From a virus (taxonomy: Duplodnaviria; Caudoviricetes): a stretch of DNA of 35,927 nt. Under the pieces are notes generated by a model. The model saw only the letters and a program-made list of their open reading frames with translations, was not told the origin of the DNA and did no database searches. Position numbers and translations under genes: made by a program. Of this stretch, positions 1-9,333 are shown piece after piece. Numbering within the stretch: position 1 is the first letter of the stretch; each line of letters begins with the position of its first letter. Where the stretch lies: IMG/VR virus record IMGVR_UViG_3300012667_000243, positions 1-35,927 of that record; one strand, 5' to 3'.

Positions 1-64
1 GAATTGAGTTCGGTGAGGGGGGTACATCCCAAAAAAAAGGGAATTCCCAAGGAAAAAACTAAAG

Positions 65-96
65 TTGCTTCAGTCATGGCGCTATGTTAACATAGC
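65..96 (+). promoter_or_regulatory. Putative promoter for the packaging/late operon, overlapped by a perfect 16-bp palindrome
   Basis: TTGCTT (65-70), 17-bp spacer, TAACAT (88-93) preceded by TGn (extended -10). GCTATGTTAACATAGC at 81-96 is self-complementary. Confidence 0.55.
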
Positions 97-130
97 TTAA
101 CTGGTTACACAACACGAAAGCAAAAATAAA

Positions 131-595
131 ATGAATAAATTACCGCCTGAGTTGCATTTAGTCAAAGGCTCAAAAGGCTTGAACCAAGGCACGGAACTTC
201 CTGCGTCAATTAAGGCCCGTATTCCAAAAGCCGATTGGCTGGACAATCCTGAAGCGTGGGACAGAAATAAGTTCATTACGGAAACGTCAGATTTCCTTTA
301 CAACGTCTACGGTATTGGCAACGACCAAGACAAGCACACGTTGGCATTTCTTGCGGAGCAAATCGACACTTATGTTGAGTGTAAAAAAAGCCTAGCCAAA
401 ACCGGCATCATTGCTAGGTTTAACGCTGGCAAGACTATTGGCCCAAACCCTTATTTGACGGTAAGGCAAAACACGCTCAAGACAATCATTCAGCTTATGA
501 ACGAGCTGGGGCTTACACCGCGTGGCAGATTAAATAGCGGCAAGGTCGAAGAAAACAGCCCCGTATCTAAGTTCCTGAGAGGGCCAAAAGGATGA
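131..595 (+). CDS. terS: Terminase small subunit (P27 family)
   Basis: N-terminal LHLVKGS, NPYL motif and C-terminal ELGLTPRGR. Directly upstream of and overlapping terL. Confidence 0.9.
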   Translation: MNKLPPELHLVKGSKGLNQGTELPASIKARIPKADWLDNPEAWDRNKFITETSDFLYNVYGIGNDQDKHTLAFLAEQIDTYVECKKSLAKTGIIARFNAGKTIGPNPYLTVRQNTLKTIIQLMNELGLTPRGRLNSGKVEENSPVSKFLRGPKG

Positions 596-2256
596 AGTGG
601 GAAGATGGGGTCGTCTACGCGCAACAAGTGGTCAAGGGTGAAATCAATGTTTGCCGAAATATTACTTTGGCCTGTCAGCGTTTTCTAAACCAACTGGAAA
701 ACAAAGAGTGGCAATGGTATTTTGACCCTGATTATCCCGCCCACGTTTTAAGCTTTGCCGAATCGCTTAAACACACCAAAGGGCCATTGGCGGGTGAGTT
801 TATTACCCTTGAACCATTCCAAGTGTTTTTGATTTGTGCGGTGTATGGTTTCCGTCACAAAAAAGACCATGACCGCCGAATGGTGTCCGACGTTATTGTG
901 TTCATCCCGCGTAAAGCTGGCAAATCAACCCTAATCGCGGTGCTGGGGCTTTACGAACTGATATGCGGTGAGGCTGGCGCTGAGGTGTTTACGCTGGCAA
1001 CAAGCCGAGAGCAAGCGTCGATTGTGTTTGATGCCGCAAGAGGGTTTGTTGAAAATATGCCGTCGGACTTGGCGGGTTTGTTTAACGTCAGCAAATATCA
1101 ACTGAGCAAATCGGGCGACAGTCAATCCGTATTTAAAGCGTTAAGCCGCGACACCAAAAAGACCGGCGACGGTAAAAACCCGTCGTGCGCAATTATTGAC
1201 GAAGCCGCGCAGATTGTTGACCGCAACTCAATTGAGGTTTTGCACTCTGGTATGGTTGCCCGTAAAAACCCGTTGCGCATCTATATTACAACCGCGTCAT
1301 TTACGAAAGACACCAAGTTCTACGAAGATATGACAATGGTGGAGAATATTCTGCACGGCAATGCTACGGATAACCCTAGCTGGTTTGGACTGCTTTACAG
1401 TATTGATTCGCACGACGATTGGCGTGACCCAAAAACATGGGCCAAAGTAAACCCAATGCACGGGATTAGCGTATTTGAAGACGCTATTGCCAAACGCGCC
1501 GAAGAAGCAAAGCACAAACCCGCCGCGCTTAATGAGTTCCTTTGCAAAACCCTGAATATCTATGTCAGCGCAAATAGCGCATGGGTTGACCGCAAATATT
1601 GGGATGAATCAATTGCCCCCGCCGTCGTTATACCGCGTGAGCCTGAAGCCGTGTTCATGGGGTTTGACTTGGCATCTACGCGAGATTTGAACTCAGTTTG
1701 CACCTTGAAACGGTATTCTGAGGTCGATTATGAGGCGAGTTTTAAGTTTTTCCTGCCGGAAGAAGGATACGACTTAATCCCCAAACACTACGGCGATATT
1801 TTCCGCATGGCACGGGATTCTGGGATTTTGCACGTCACTGAGGGCAACGTAATGGACTACCGCGTAATCAACGATTACATTGTTAGCCAAAGCGGGGCAA
1901 TGGAAATTAAAGAGATTGGCTACGACGCCTACAACGCTGGGACAATCGTTGCAAGCCTTAATGACGCCGGTTTACCCGTTAAAAAAGTCGGGCAAGGTAT
2001 GTCAGTTCTAAGCGCCCCAAGCAAACACGTCGAACGCCTGATAATGAACCGTTGCATTAAACATGACGGCAACCCGTTTTTGGGCTGGCAACTTGGAAAC
2101 TGTGAAGTTTATGAGGATGTGAACGGAAACATTAAGATTCGTAAGAACGAAGCTGACAAATCTGCAAAGGTTGATGGCATAATCAGCTTAATCATTGCGA
2201 TGCACTGTTCGCTTGATAACCCCGAAATAGGTGGGTTTGGATTCCGCACTTTCTGA
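592..2256 (+). CDS. terL: Terminase large subunit (HK97/Terminase_1 type)
   Basis: LEPFQ adenine motif, Walker A PRKAGKS, Walker B IIDEA, ITTAS coupling motif, RNase H-like GFDLA and KVDG. Confidence 0.97.
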   Translation: MKWEDGVVYAQQVVKGEINVCRNITLACQRFLNQLENKEWQWYFDPDYPAHVLSFAESLKHTKGPLAGEFITLEPFQVFLICAVYGFRHKKDHDRRMVSDVIVFIPRKAGKSTLIAVLGLYELICGEAGAEVFTLATSREQASIVFDAARGFVENMPSDLAGLFNVSKYQLSKSGDSQSVFKALSRDTKKTGDGKNPSCAIIDEAAQIVDRNSIEVLHSGMVARKNPLRIYITTASFTKDTKFYEDMTMVENILHGNATDNPSWFGLLYSIDSHDDWRDPKTWAKVNPMHGISVFEDAIAKRAEEAKHKPAALNEFLCKTLNIYVSANSAWVDRKYWDESIAPAVVIPREPEAVFMGFDLASTRDLNSVCTLKRYSEVDYEASFKFFLPEEGYDLIPKHYGDIFRMARDSGILHVTEGNVMDYRVINDYIVSQSGAMEIKEIGYDAYNAGTIVASLNDAGLPVKKVGQGMSVLSAPSKHVERLIMNRCIKHDGNPFLGWQLGNCEVYEDVNGNIKIRKNEADKSAKVDGIISLIIAMHCSLDNPEIGGFGFRTF

Positions 2257-2266
2257 GGAAAAAATC

Positions 2267-3673
2267 ATGGAAATCAAAGGTATTCCCGACGCTTTTCAGC
2301 GTAAAGATACGAAAGCTAACGAATCAAACACCCTGTTCGGGCAAACCGCGCTTGGTAACAACGTAGTTTATCAAGGCGCTGGCAATCGGCCCAATGTAAA
2401 CGCCCAAATCCTGTATGTGACTACATCCAGTGCGACAAATGCCGGTCGCGTGGTTGATATGTCACTGCTTTCGCGCAATAGTACCGTCATGGCTTGCGTT
2501 GGCGCTAAGGCCCGTGCCATTTCTCAGTTGCCAATTAAGGTAATGTGCGAAATGGATGATGGCACTTATGTTGACGCGGTGAAAAACCCCAATGTAAGCG
2601 CCCGTGATAAGGCCAAAGCAAAACAAGTGTTAAATTTGTTGCGTTTACCCAATAACTTCCAAAGCCAATACGAGTTTTGGTATCAGTGGATGATGTGGCA
2701 TGAGCTTTCCGGTGAGGCGTTTACGCTTTGGTGGCGTAAAGACAAAGACCAAACAACGCAGACGCCTTTGGAAATGTATATCTTGGATTCGACGCTGATT
2801 GCCGTAACAATCAACCCAGCGCGTTATCCTTCATACCGCCTTTCTACCCCGTCGTATGGTTTCAACAAGGATGAACCACTTGGCCCACACATGGTAATGC
2901 ACTGCAAAGACCAAGCATGGCAAGGTTCGGCTGGTTTTAACAAGGGTATTCTAGCAACCGAGCTGGTCGCGCTTGACCAAGATATTGACCTGTACGCCAA
3001 TTACATCATGCTGAATGGCGCGAAGCCAAGCGGCTTGTTTATGACTGAGCAGGTGATTTCGGATTCGAAATATAAGGAAATCGCGGCACGACTGAAAGAG
3101 GCGTGGTCTTCAATGACCGGTAGCCAGAAAACAGACCAGTCGAAGCCGGGTGAAGGTATGTTGTTGGATAACGGCATGAAATATACCCCCATTGATATGC
3201 TGACGTTGCAAGACACCGACGCCGCCGCGCTTAAAAAGCAAACAATGGAACGTATTTGCGGATTGTTTGGTGTTCCAGCGCAGATGATTGGCGTTGGTGA
3301 GGGTAAATTCAACAACACCCAAACAATGCTTGACGAGTTTTACAAGTCAACCATGTACCCTGTTCTGGTAAACGTGCAACAAAAGCTGAAATCTCAGTTA
3401 TTGGGCGGTTTCCCCAACCTTTGCGTAGAGTTTGATACGTCAGACTTTCTCAAGGGCGCACCGCTTGACCAAATGAACTATGCGACTGCCGCAGTGTCGG
3501 GCGGCATTATGACGCCTAACGAAGCGCGTCAATATTTGGGTATGCCAATGGTTGATGGAGCAGATGAATTGCTGAAATCAACTAAAGCCGCCGAACCTAT
3601 CGCTGGTTCAAGCCCACAAGATACTGGGGGCGGGGGTGGCAATCAAACCCGAAAAATGAACATTGGGAAATAA
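2267..3673 (+). CDS. Portal protein (HK97 family)
   Basis: VMACV...ISQLP, PNNFQS, NGAKPSG, ICGLFGVP and GIMTPNEAR motifs. Start moved to ATG 2267, which follows GAGG. Confidence 0.95.
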   Translation: MEIKGIPDAFQRKDTKANESNTLFGQTALGNNVVYQGAGNRPNVNAQILYVTTSSATNAGRVVDMSLLSRNSTVMACVGAKARAISQLPIKVMCEMDDGTYVDAVKNPNVSARDKAKAKQVLNLLRLPNNFQSQYEFWYQWMMWHELSGEAFTLWWRKDKDQTTQTPLEMYILDSTLIAVTINPARYPSYRLSTPSYGFNKDEPLGPHMVMHCKDQAWQGSAGFNKGILATELVALDQDIDLYANYIMLNGAKPSGLFMTEQVISDSKYKEIAARLKEAWSSMTGSQKTDQSKPGEGMLLDNGMKYTPIDMLTLQDTDAAALKKQTMERICGLFGVPAQMIGVGEGKFNNTQTMLDEFYKSTMYPVLVNVQQKLKSQLLGGFPNLCVEFDTSDFLKGAPLDQMNYATAAVSGGIMTPNEARQYLGMPMVDGADELLKSTKAAEPIAGSSPQDTGGGGGNQTRKMNIGK

Positions 3674-3676
3674 AAA

Positions 3677-3883
3677 ATGTCCGCTATTTTTAAAATAGTG
3701 GTAGCATCCCTAACAGATTACGACGCAAAGACGGTTCGCCGACCAAAAAGAGGTCGCCCCGCAGTTACAATACAAGATATTGACCGAACCAAAACCAATG
3801 AGGTAATACATGACCAAGCAAGTAACAGTGGTCTGCGAAGCCAAGTTAAGCGTCGAAGCCAAGGGCGACAGCGCAACGGGTAA
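3677..3883 (+). CDS. Small hypothetical protein with an AT-hook-like RPKRGRP motif
   Basis: ATG 3 nt after the portal stop. Fills the gap to the protease gene but overlaps it by 74 nt. Confidence 0.35.
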   Translation: MSAIFKIVVASLTDYDAKTVRRPKRGRPAVTIQDIDRTKTNEVIHDQASNSGLRSQVKRRSQGRQRNG

Positions 3884-4607
3884 GATTGAAGCCAAGGTAA
3901 CAACTTGGGGGCCGCGTGAAGGCGCTGACGGTCGTAAATTCAATTACCAACCCGAAGGCTTTATGCAATGGGCTGAGGATTTTAGTGCCGCAGGTCGCCC
4001 ACTGCCAATGTTTGTGAATCACAATGCCGACGCAATCCCTGTTGGCGAGTGGGTTTCATTCGAGTTTGACGAAGACGGCATGACCGCTTCCGGTCGCATT
4101 TATACCAACACAAGTGCCGGTAAAGACCTGTATCAAGTGATGACTGAAAGCCCCAATATGTTTGGCGGTGTTTCAGTAGGCGCTTACGCCGAAGAATATC
4201 AATGGACTAAAGAAGACGGAACGGTTTTCCCCGCAGGTAGCGGTGATTACTGGGATGAAGGCTTTTTCCAAATTACCAAAGGTGGCCTTTCTGAGGTGTC
4301 AGTGGTAATGTATCCAAACAACGAAGCCGCCCAAGTGCAAAAGCTGGAATTCTTCCGCGCAGATGGTTCGGCTGATTTAAAAGTTTTGGAAAAGGCTTTG
4401 CGTGAAGCAAATCTATCCAAAAAGGATGCGGTCGCTGCCGCGTCTGTCTTCAAAAAGGTGATGGAACAGCGTGATGCTAACCAGCCACCAATTGAAAACG
4501 CACCGCAACAGAGTGAGTCCGATGCGGAAGCGACCAACAAGGCAATTCTTGAAGCTCTTGAGCGACGTGAATTGTTGAAAACTCTTAACGCCCGACTGAA
4601 AGGTTAA
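3810..4607 (+). CDS. Prohead maturation protease (HK97 gp4 / peptidase S78-like)
   Basis: PMFVNHN (His), GGVSVG (Ser) and EVSVVMYPNN motifs. Lies between portal and capsid. GAGG RBS. Confidence 0.93.
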   Translation: MTKQVTVVCEAKLSVEAKGDSATGKIEAKVTTWGPREGADGRKFNYQPEGFMQWAEDFSAAGRPLPMFVNHNADAIPVGEWVSFEFDEDGMTASGRIYTNTSAGKDLYQVMTESPNMFGGVSVGAYAEEYQWTKEDGTVFPAGSGDYWDEGFFQITKGGLSEVSVVMYPNNEAAQVQKLEFFRADGSADLKVLEKALREANLSKKDAVAAASVFKKVMEQRDANQPPIENAPQQSESDAEATNKAILEALERRELLKTLNARLKG

Positions 4608-4608
4608 T

Positions 4609-5952
4609 ATGTCAAAAGAAATCATTGAAAAGCTTGACGCTATTGAAGCCAAGCAAGTGGAAGCAGTGCAAGCTGTTGAAGCAAAAATTACCCCCGCTAT
4701 CGAAGCTGTCAAAGCTGAAATGAGCGAAATGGTTGCCGCTTTGGAAGCCAAAGTTGCCGCAATCCCTTCTGCCGCTGTTATTCGTGAGCAAGCTAAGACT
4801 GTGCGCCAAGACGTGAACCGTCATGTGCGTGAGCAATTGGCTGGTTACTATAAAAACGGTCAACAACTGGAAAAAGAACTGAAAATCTTTGCTGACGAAT
4901 CCCAAATGGATGCGTACATGAAAGAAGCCTCAGCCCTTACCGCTGGTGGTAACAACCAAGGTGGTCGTACTGGCTATGACCCAGTGTTTGCCGCTTTGCG
5001 TTTGGCAAACCCATTGCGCGGTATGTCTCGCACTGTTGCAACTGACGGCTCTAGCTATCAGTTCCGCGTAAAAACGGGCAATGCAGGCGCCGCTTGGGGT
5101 TACACAATCCAAAACAACGGTTCGGCTACAACTGAAAACACTTCAATCTGGCAATTGGTTTTGCAAGACTTGAACGTGCAATTCCCTATCCGCACCGCCG
5201 CTTTGGATGACATTGACGGCTTGGAAGCTAACGTAGTTGACGATATGTTGATGGAGTTTTCGCAAGCCGAAGCCCTGTCAATGATTCAAAACAACGACCA
5301 AGGCGCTACTAGCTTGCCATACGGTGGCTCTAACGGTTTGCGCGGTTTGAACCAGTATGCTGGTGCTAACGCAACTTACGCAGGTGGTACAACTTCTACC
5401 GCCGCCTTTGGCACTTCTGGCACTGGTTCGACAAGCGGTTTGCACAGCTTGGCTACCTATGACCAATTGACCACCAACGCCAACACCGTAGGCGCGGCAA
5501 ACATCACTTACAAAGACGTGGTGAACTTCATCTACGCTCTGCCACAACAATACTGGACTGCTGATGCCAAGTTCATGGTTAGCCCAGTTCTGTTGGCTCA
5601 AATTCGTGGCTTGACAGATACAAACGGCACACCTGTGTTCGAGCGTATGTCTCCACTGGAAACCGACGGTATCGTTGGTCGCTTGTTGGGCTTTGACGTG
5701 GTAGTGAACAAGTACTTGGACACTCCTTCACAAACTACAACTGGTTCGGCTGGCACAACTAGCCTGTATCCAATGTACTTTGGCGATTGGACACGCGGCT
5801 ATACCATCATTGACCGTTTGAACATGGTTATGCGCCGGTATGACCAAACAGCTCCAGGCTTTATTACATTCTTCGGTGAGAAGCGTCTTGCAACTTCCGT
5901 GCGTGACCCTAACGCTATCGTGCGTTATCGTTCGACCGGCACTGCAACCTGA
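4609..5952 (+). CDS. Major capsid protein (HK97 fold) with ~105-aa N-terminal helical delta/scaffold domain
   Basis: Ala/Glu/Lys-rich N-terminus, then GRLLGFDVVVN, MYFGDWTRGYTIIDR and PGFITFFGEKR. Followed by a terminator. Confidence 0.95.
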   Translation: MSKEIIEKLDAIEAKQVEAVQAVEAKITPAIEAVKAEMSEMVAALEAKVAAIPSAAVIREQAKTVRQDVNRHVREQLAGYYKNGQQLEKELKIFADESQMDAYMKEASALTAGGNNQGGRTGYDPVFAALRLANPLRGMSRTVATDGSSYQFRVKTGNAGAAWGYTIQNNGSATTENTSIWQLVLQDLNVQFPIRTAALDDIDGLEANVVDDMLMEFSQAEALSMIQNNDQGATSLPYGGSNGLRGLNQYAGANATYAGGTTSTAAFGTSGTGSTSGLHSLATYDQLTTNANTVGAANITYKDVVNFIYALPQQYWTADAKFMVSPVLLAQIRGLTDTNGTPVFERMSPLETDGIVGRLLGFDVVVNKYLDTPSQTTTGSAGTTSLYPMYFGDWTRGYTIIDRLNMVMRRYDQTAPGFITFFGEKRLATSVRDPNAIVRYRSTGTAT

Positions 5953-5963
5953 TAGTTGCCATT

Positions 5964-5997
5964 GAGGGGAATCGGGAAACCCTTTCCCCTCTTTTTT
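5964..5997 (+). terminator. Intrinsic terminator between the two capsid genes
   Basis: GAGGGGAA...TTCCCCTC stem with an inner GG-GAAA-CC cap, followed by TTTTTT. Confidence 0.85.
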
Positions 5998-6016
5998 AAC
6001 TTTCATTGGAATAACT

Positions 6017-7066
6017 ATGACAAACACCGAAAAAATCCTAGCCGCGATTAAAGAAACAATTGAAACTGGCAAAAAAGTCAGCATCGACCTAAAAGAAGCA
6101 TCCGCAATCACTGGTTCGGGCAACGGTGTCGGTGGTCGTACTTATTTTGATGACGCGTTTGCGGCACTTCGCTATGCCAACCCGTTCCGTATGGTTTCGC
6201 GTCAAATTAAAGCAAGCGGTTCATCCGTTCAATTTGTCGCTAAGACCGGTAACGCGGCAAGCTCTACAAACCCGTGGACTTATACATTCACGCCAAACAC
6301 TGGTTCGCCTGATGTAGACACGTCTATTTGGCAATTGCCTACCCGCGTGGTAGTCGCCCAACTTCCAGTTCGCACAGCCGTTATGTCTGATGTGAACTAT
6401 TTGAATGAAACATTGGTCGAAGACTTGATGCTGGAATTTTCAGCTATTGAGGCGCAATCAATGGTTTCAAACGATGACCAAGCTGGTTCTACAACCACTA
6501 CAACCGGTTCAACAAACGGCTTGCGTGGTTTAAATTACTACGACGGTGCGGCTGGTGACCCCTCAGCCTTTGGCACAAGTGGCACAGCAATCACTAACGG
6601 TATCCACACTATTGGCACTGTTGGTTACGCAACTGGTGAGTTAGAGCATGAATCTCTTTCCGCTTTGGCTAACGCGTTGCCGCCCCAGTATTGGAATTTG
6701 CCCGGTACGGCATGGATGATGTCGCCTTCTGCTATTCAAGCGTTGCGCGATTATGTTCACGGCGGCACAAACCAAGCTAGTTACGCTTTTGTGGAAACTG
6801 GTGCTGATAACGCCGGTGCATTGACGCACGTATTTGGTTGGCCCGTTATTGCCAACCCGTATTTGGATGAAGTCGGCACTGTTGGTAACAAGCCTGTCTA
6901 TCTGGCAAACTGGAATCGTTTTCTGACTATTGCTGACGTGGAAGAAATGACCATTCAAGCAATGGAGCAGACCGCACCCGGATTCGTAACCCTGTATGCT
7001 GAAAAGCGTTTGGTGTCTACTGTTCGTGACCCGTTTGCCGGTGTCCGTTTGATTGAAACGGCTTAA
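6017..7066 (+). CDS. Second HK97-fold capsid protein paralog with a short N-terminal leader
   Basis: Colinear with 4609..5952: KEASAITGSGNGVGGRT, FAALRYANPFR, KTGNA, TSIWQL, GSTNGLRGLN, QTAPGFVTLYAEKRL, VRDP. Confidence 0.92.
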   Translation: MTNTEKILAAIKETIETGKKVSIDLKEASAITGSGNGVGGRTYFDDAFAALRYANPFRMVSRQIKASGSSVQFVAKTGNAASSTNPWTYTFTPNTGSPDVDTSIWQLPTRVVVAQLPVRTAVMSDVNYLNETLVEDLMLEFSAIEAQSMVSNDDQAGSTTTTTGSTNGLRGLNYYDGAAGDPSAFGTSGTAITNGIHTIGTVGYATGELEHESLSALANALPPQYWNLPGTAWMMSPSAIQALRDYVHGGTNQASYAFVETGADNAGALTHVFGWPVIANPYLDEVGTVGNKPVYLANWNRFLTIADVEEMTIQAMEQTAPGFVTLYAEKRLVSTVRDPFAGVRLIETA

Positions 7067-7068
7067 TC

Positions 7069-7740
7069 ATGTCTTCCGAAGGCCAACTAGGTTACTTGGG
7101 CGGGAATGCGCAACAGCGCAACCCATTCAACTACGCTAAGTTTGAACAACTTACGCGTGATAACACGACCGCTTGGCTGACGGCGGCAGAGCTTCGCGCT
7201 CAGATTAACCTTTACGACGACACAAGCCAAGACACCTACATTACGTCGCTGGAATTGGCTACCCGTCAAGCAATTGAAGACTATATTGGCCTGTCAATTT
7301 TTGGCGTCAAATATCGCGTTTGGTATAACGCCGCAAGCTTGATGGGTACACCGCTGACTTTGGATTTGCCTGAAGTTAGCCAAAACGCTGACGAATTGCT
7401 TTCCGGTGTAACAGTGAACTCGGTCAAATACTGGGATGACAACACCCCGCCGGTGTTGCACACGGTTGACCCGACCACTTACTTTTACGACGATTCTGGC
7501 AACAAGATTGTTTTGCAAACTTTGCCGACTGAGCTTAATTCGCTAATGACAAGCCCTGTCTATGCGGAATACACCACTGCCGCCAACCCATTGGCTGATT
7601 ACGAAGTTATCAAGCTGGCAGGTAAGCTGTTGTTTACGCATTTCTACAACAACCGTAGCGATACGGATGGTGGAAACCTGAAGACAATCCCATTCGGTGT
7701 GCAAACACTGCTCCGACCATACAAACCTTTGGTGATGTAA
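7069..7740 (+). CDS. Head-tail connector (HK97 gp6 / SPP1 gp15-like)
   Basis: LTAAELRAQINL, ATRQAIEDY, HFYNNR and IPFGVQTLLRPY motifs; position after capsid genes. Confidence 0.88.
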   Translation: MSSEGQLGYLGGNAQQRNPFNYAKFEQLTRDNTTAWLTAAELRAQINLYDDTSQDTYITSLELATRQAIEDYIGLSIFGVKYRVWYNAASLMGTPLTLDLPEVSQNADELLSGVTVNSVKYWDDNTPPVLHTVDPTTYFYDDSGNKIVLQTLPTELNSLMTSPVYAEYTTAANPLADYEVIKLAGKLLFTHFYNNRSDTDGGNLKTIPFGVQTLLRPYKPLVM

Positions 7741-8085
7741 ATGGCTATTGCGCGGTTTGAAAACATTACCGTAAAAAGCCTGACATTCGGCAAGAGCGAC
7801 TTCGGCGAACAATCAACCACTGTAACAACGTGGTTCGAAACCCGCGCCCGTGTGAGCGACGTAGCAAACAGCATGAGAATTTCGGAAAAGTACCGTCTAT
7901 ATCAAGATTTGGTAAATTTCACGCTTAACTACACGCCTAACACCCGCGCAATGGTTGACGACCAAAACCTTTACTCAATTGTTTGGCGCGGCAAAGATTG
8001 GCGTATTACTGACGTGCGCGAAAGCAACGACCGTATGAGCGTGATGTTCTTGTGTTACCGTAACGACCCAGAAACGGCGGTTTAA
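7741..8085 (+). CDS. Head closure / head-tail adaptor (SPP1 gp16-like)
   Basis: 114 aa, beta-rich, SDFGEQ and IVWRGKDWRITDV; synteny. Confidence 0.8.
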   Translation: MAIARFENITVKSLTFGKSDFGEQSTTVTTWFETRARVSDVANSMRISEKYRLYQDLVNFTLNYTPNTRAMVDDQNLYSIVWRGKDWRITDVRESNDRMSVMFLCYRNDPETAV

Positions 8086-8502
8086 ATGGCACAAATGAAT
8101 CCGGTTCAATATGGCAAAGCGATTCAGTATCAACTGTCGCAGATTGTTACGCCTGTGCCTGTCTACGCGGCTTTTAACCGCAACACGGCTACTCAGCCTA
8201 AGTTTGTGACTTGGATGTTGCGCAACGTGCATCAGCCCGTCTACACTGGACAGAATCAAAACAACAAAGGCATTGATACGCCGGTGTTCCAAATTTCAAT
8301 CTTTACAAAAGAGATTGAAGATGGTTTCACAATTTCAAATCAGATATTACAATCACTACATGGCTTTAGCGGCTTATTCGGTGGCGCAACCAACGGATTC
8401 GACGTTTCTAAAGCAGATGTGGCTTGGCTATACAACAGTTACGACAACACGGAAAAACTCGCGCAGATTTTCCTTGATTGCACGCTTGATGTGCCGACCT
8501 GA
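8086..8502 (+). CDS. Tail terminator / tail completion protein
   Basis: PVY, FQISIF and LHGFSG pattern; immediately upstream of the tail tube gene. Confidence 0.7.
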   Translation: MAQMNPVQYGKAIQYQLSQIVTPVPVYAAFNRNTATQPKFVTWMLRNVHQPVYTGQNQNNKGIDTPVFQISIFTKEIEDGFTISNQILQSLHGFSGLFGGATNGFDVSKADVAWLYNSYDNTEKLAQIFLDCTLDVPT

Positions 8503-8538
8503 TAAGACAAGATTCATTCAACCCTTTGGAGAATTTAA

Positions 8539-9057
8539 ATGACTGCACCAAATAAAGTCTTACCCGGCTTCAGCGCATCCCTGTGGTGTCAAACAGGCGC
8601 TACGCCTACCGTATTGACAAATACGCAACTGGAAACTTGGACTAGCGAAGTCGAAGATATTGTCGGCACTTCTGCCAACGGTACTGGCACTGGCGGTTTG
8701 CAATTGAACGTGGAAGCTGTTCCAGCTTTTGGTCAAGATGACGCAGTGGCTTCGTTCTCTGTTGCTGGCTCACGTCAATCTGACAAAATCCCAGTTCAAT
8801 CTGCTCCTACTAGCATGACCATTACAGCGGCTTGGAATCCTAGCGACGCTGGTTTGCTGTTGATGCGTGCTGATTCTGAATCTGGCGTTATTGACCGCAC
8901 GTTTGTGGTTGCCGCTGTTTCTGGCACTTCTACTGTTGCTTACGCGTTCAACGGTCGCGTTTCTCAGTTCACAATCGACCCAGCACCCGGTGCGGAAGCC
9001 AAGTGTACGTTTACCGTGCATCCACGCGGCAACCAATACGGTTGGTCAAACACCTAA
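8539..9057 (+). CDS. Major tail tube protein
   Basis: Thr/Ser/Gly-rich beta protein with AFNGRVSQF, GGAG RBS, and a downstream terminator. Confidence 0.8.
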   Translation: MTAPNKVLPGFSASLWCQTGATPTVLTNTQLETWTSEVEDIVGTSANGTGTGGLQLNVEAVPAFGQDDAVASFSVAGSRQSDKIPVQSAPTSMTITAAWNPSDAGLLLMRADSESGVIDRTFVVAAVSGTSTVAYAFNGRVSQFTIDPAPGAEAKCTFTVHPRGNQYGWSNT

Positions 9058-9061
9058 ACCG

Positions 9062-9093
9062 AAAGCCCCCGCCCTAACCGGTGGGGGTTTCTT
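9062..9093 (+). terminator. Terminator-like hairpin after the tail tube gene
   Basis: AAAGCCCCCGCC-CTAACC-GGTGGGGGTTT followed by CTT. Confidence 0.7.
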
Positions 9094-9104
9094 ACGATAC
9101 GACA

Positions 9105-9329
9105 ATGGAAATAAAATCAAACGACGACCTGCTGACCTTTCTGGTTTCTCAAGCCGAAGGCGGTAACAAACAATGGTTTGGCTGGTTTCAGCAACGCCTA
9201 ACGGGTGTAGCTTTGGCGCATCATATTGCCGCCAACCATGCCGACAAAATGTCTCCCGACGAAATTGTGGATTACGTAAACCGCTTAAACAATTCGCTGT
9301 TTAACCGGATGATTCGACCAAACGGGTAA
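9105..9329 (+). CDS. Hypothetical protein (74 aa)
   Basis: ATG 9105 lies outside the hairpin; fills the gap in the tail operon. Confidence 0.65.
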   Translation: MEIKSNDDLLTFLVSQAEGGNKQWFGWFQQRLTGVALAHHIAANHADKMSPDEIVDYVNRLNNSLFNRMIRPNG

Positions 9330-9333
9330 ATCT

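Noticed and set aside
5950-6017. Read-through or frameshift fusion of the two capsid genes
   Set aside because: Tandem stops TGA TAG, different frames, an intervening terminator, and a separate ATG with a GGA RBS.
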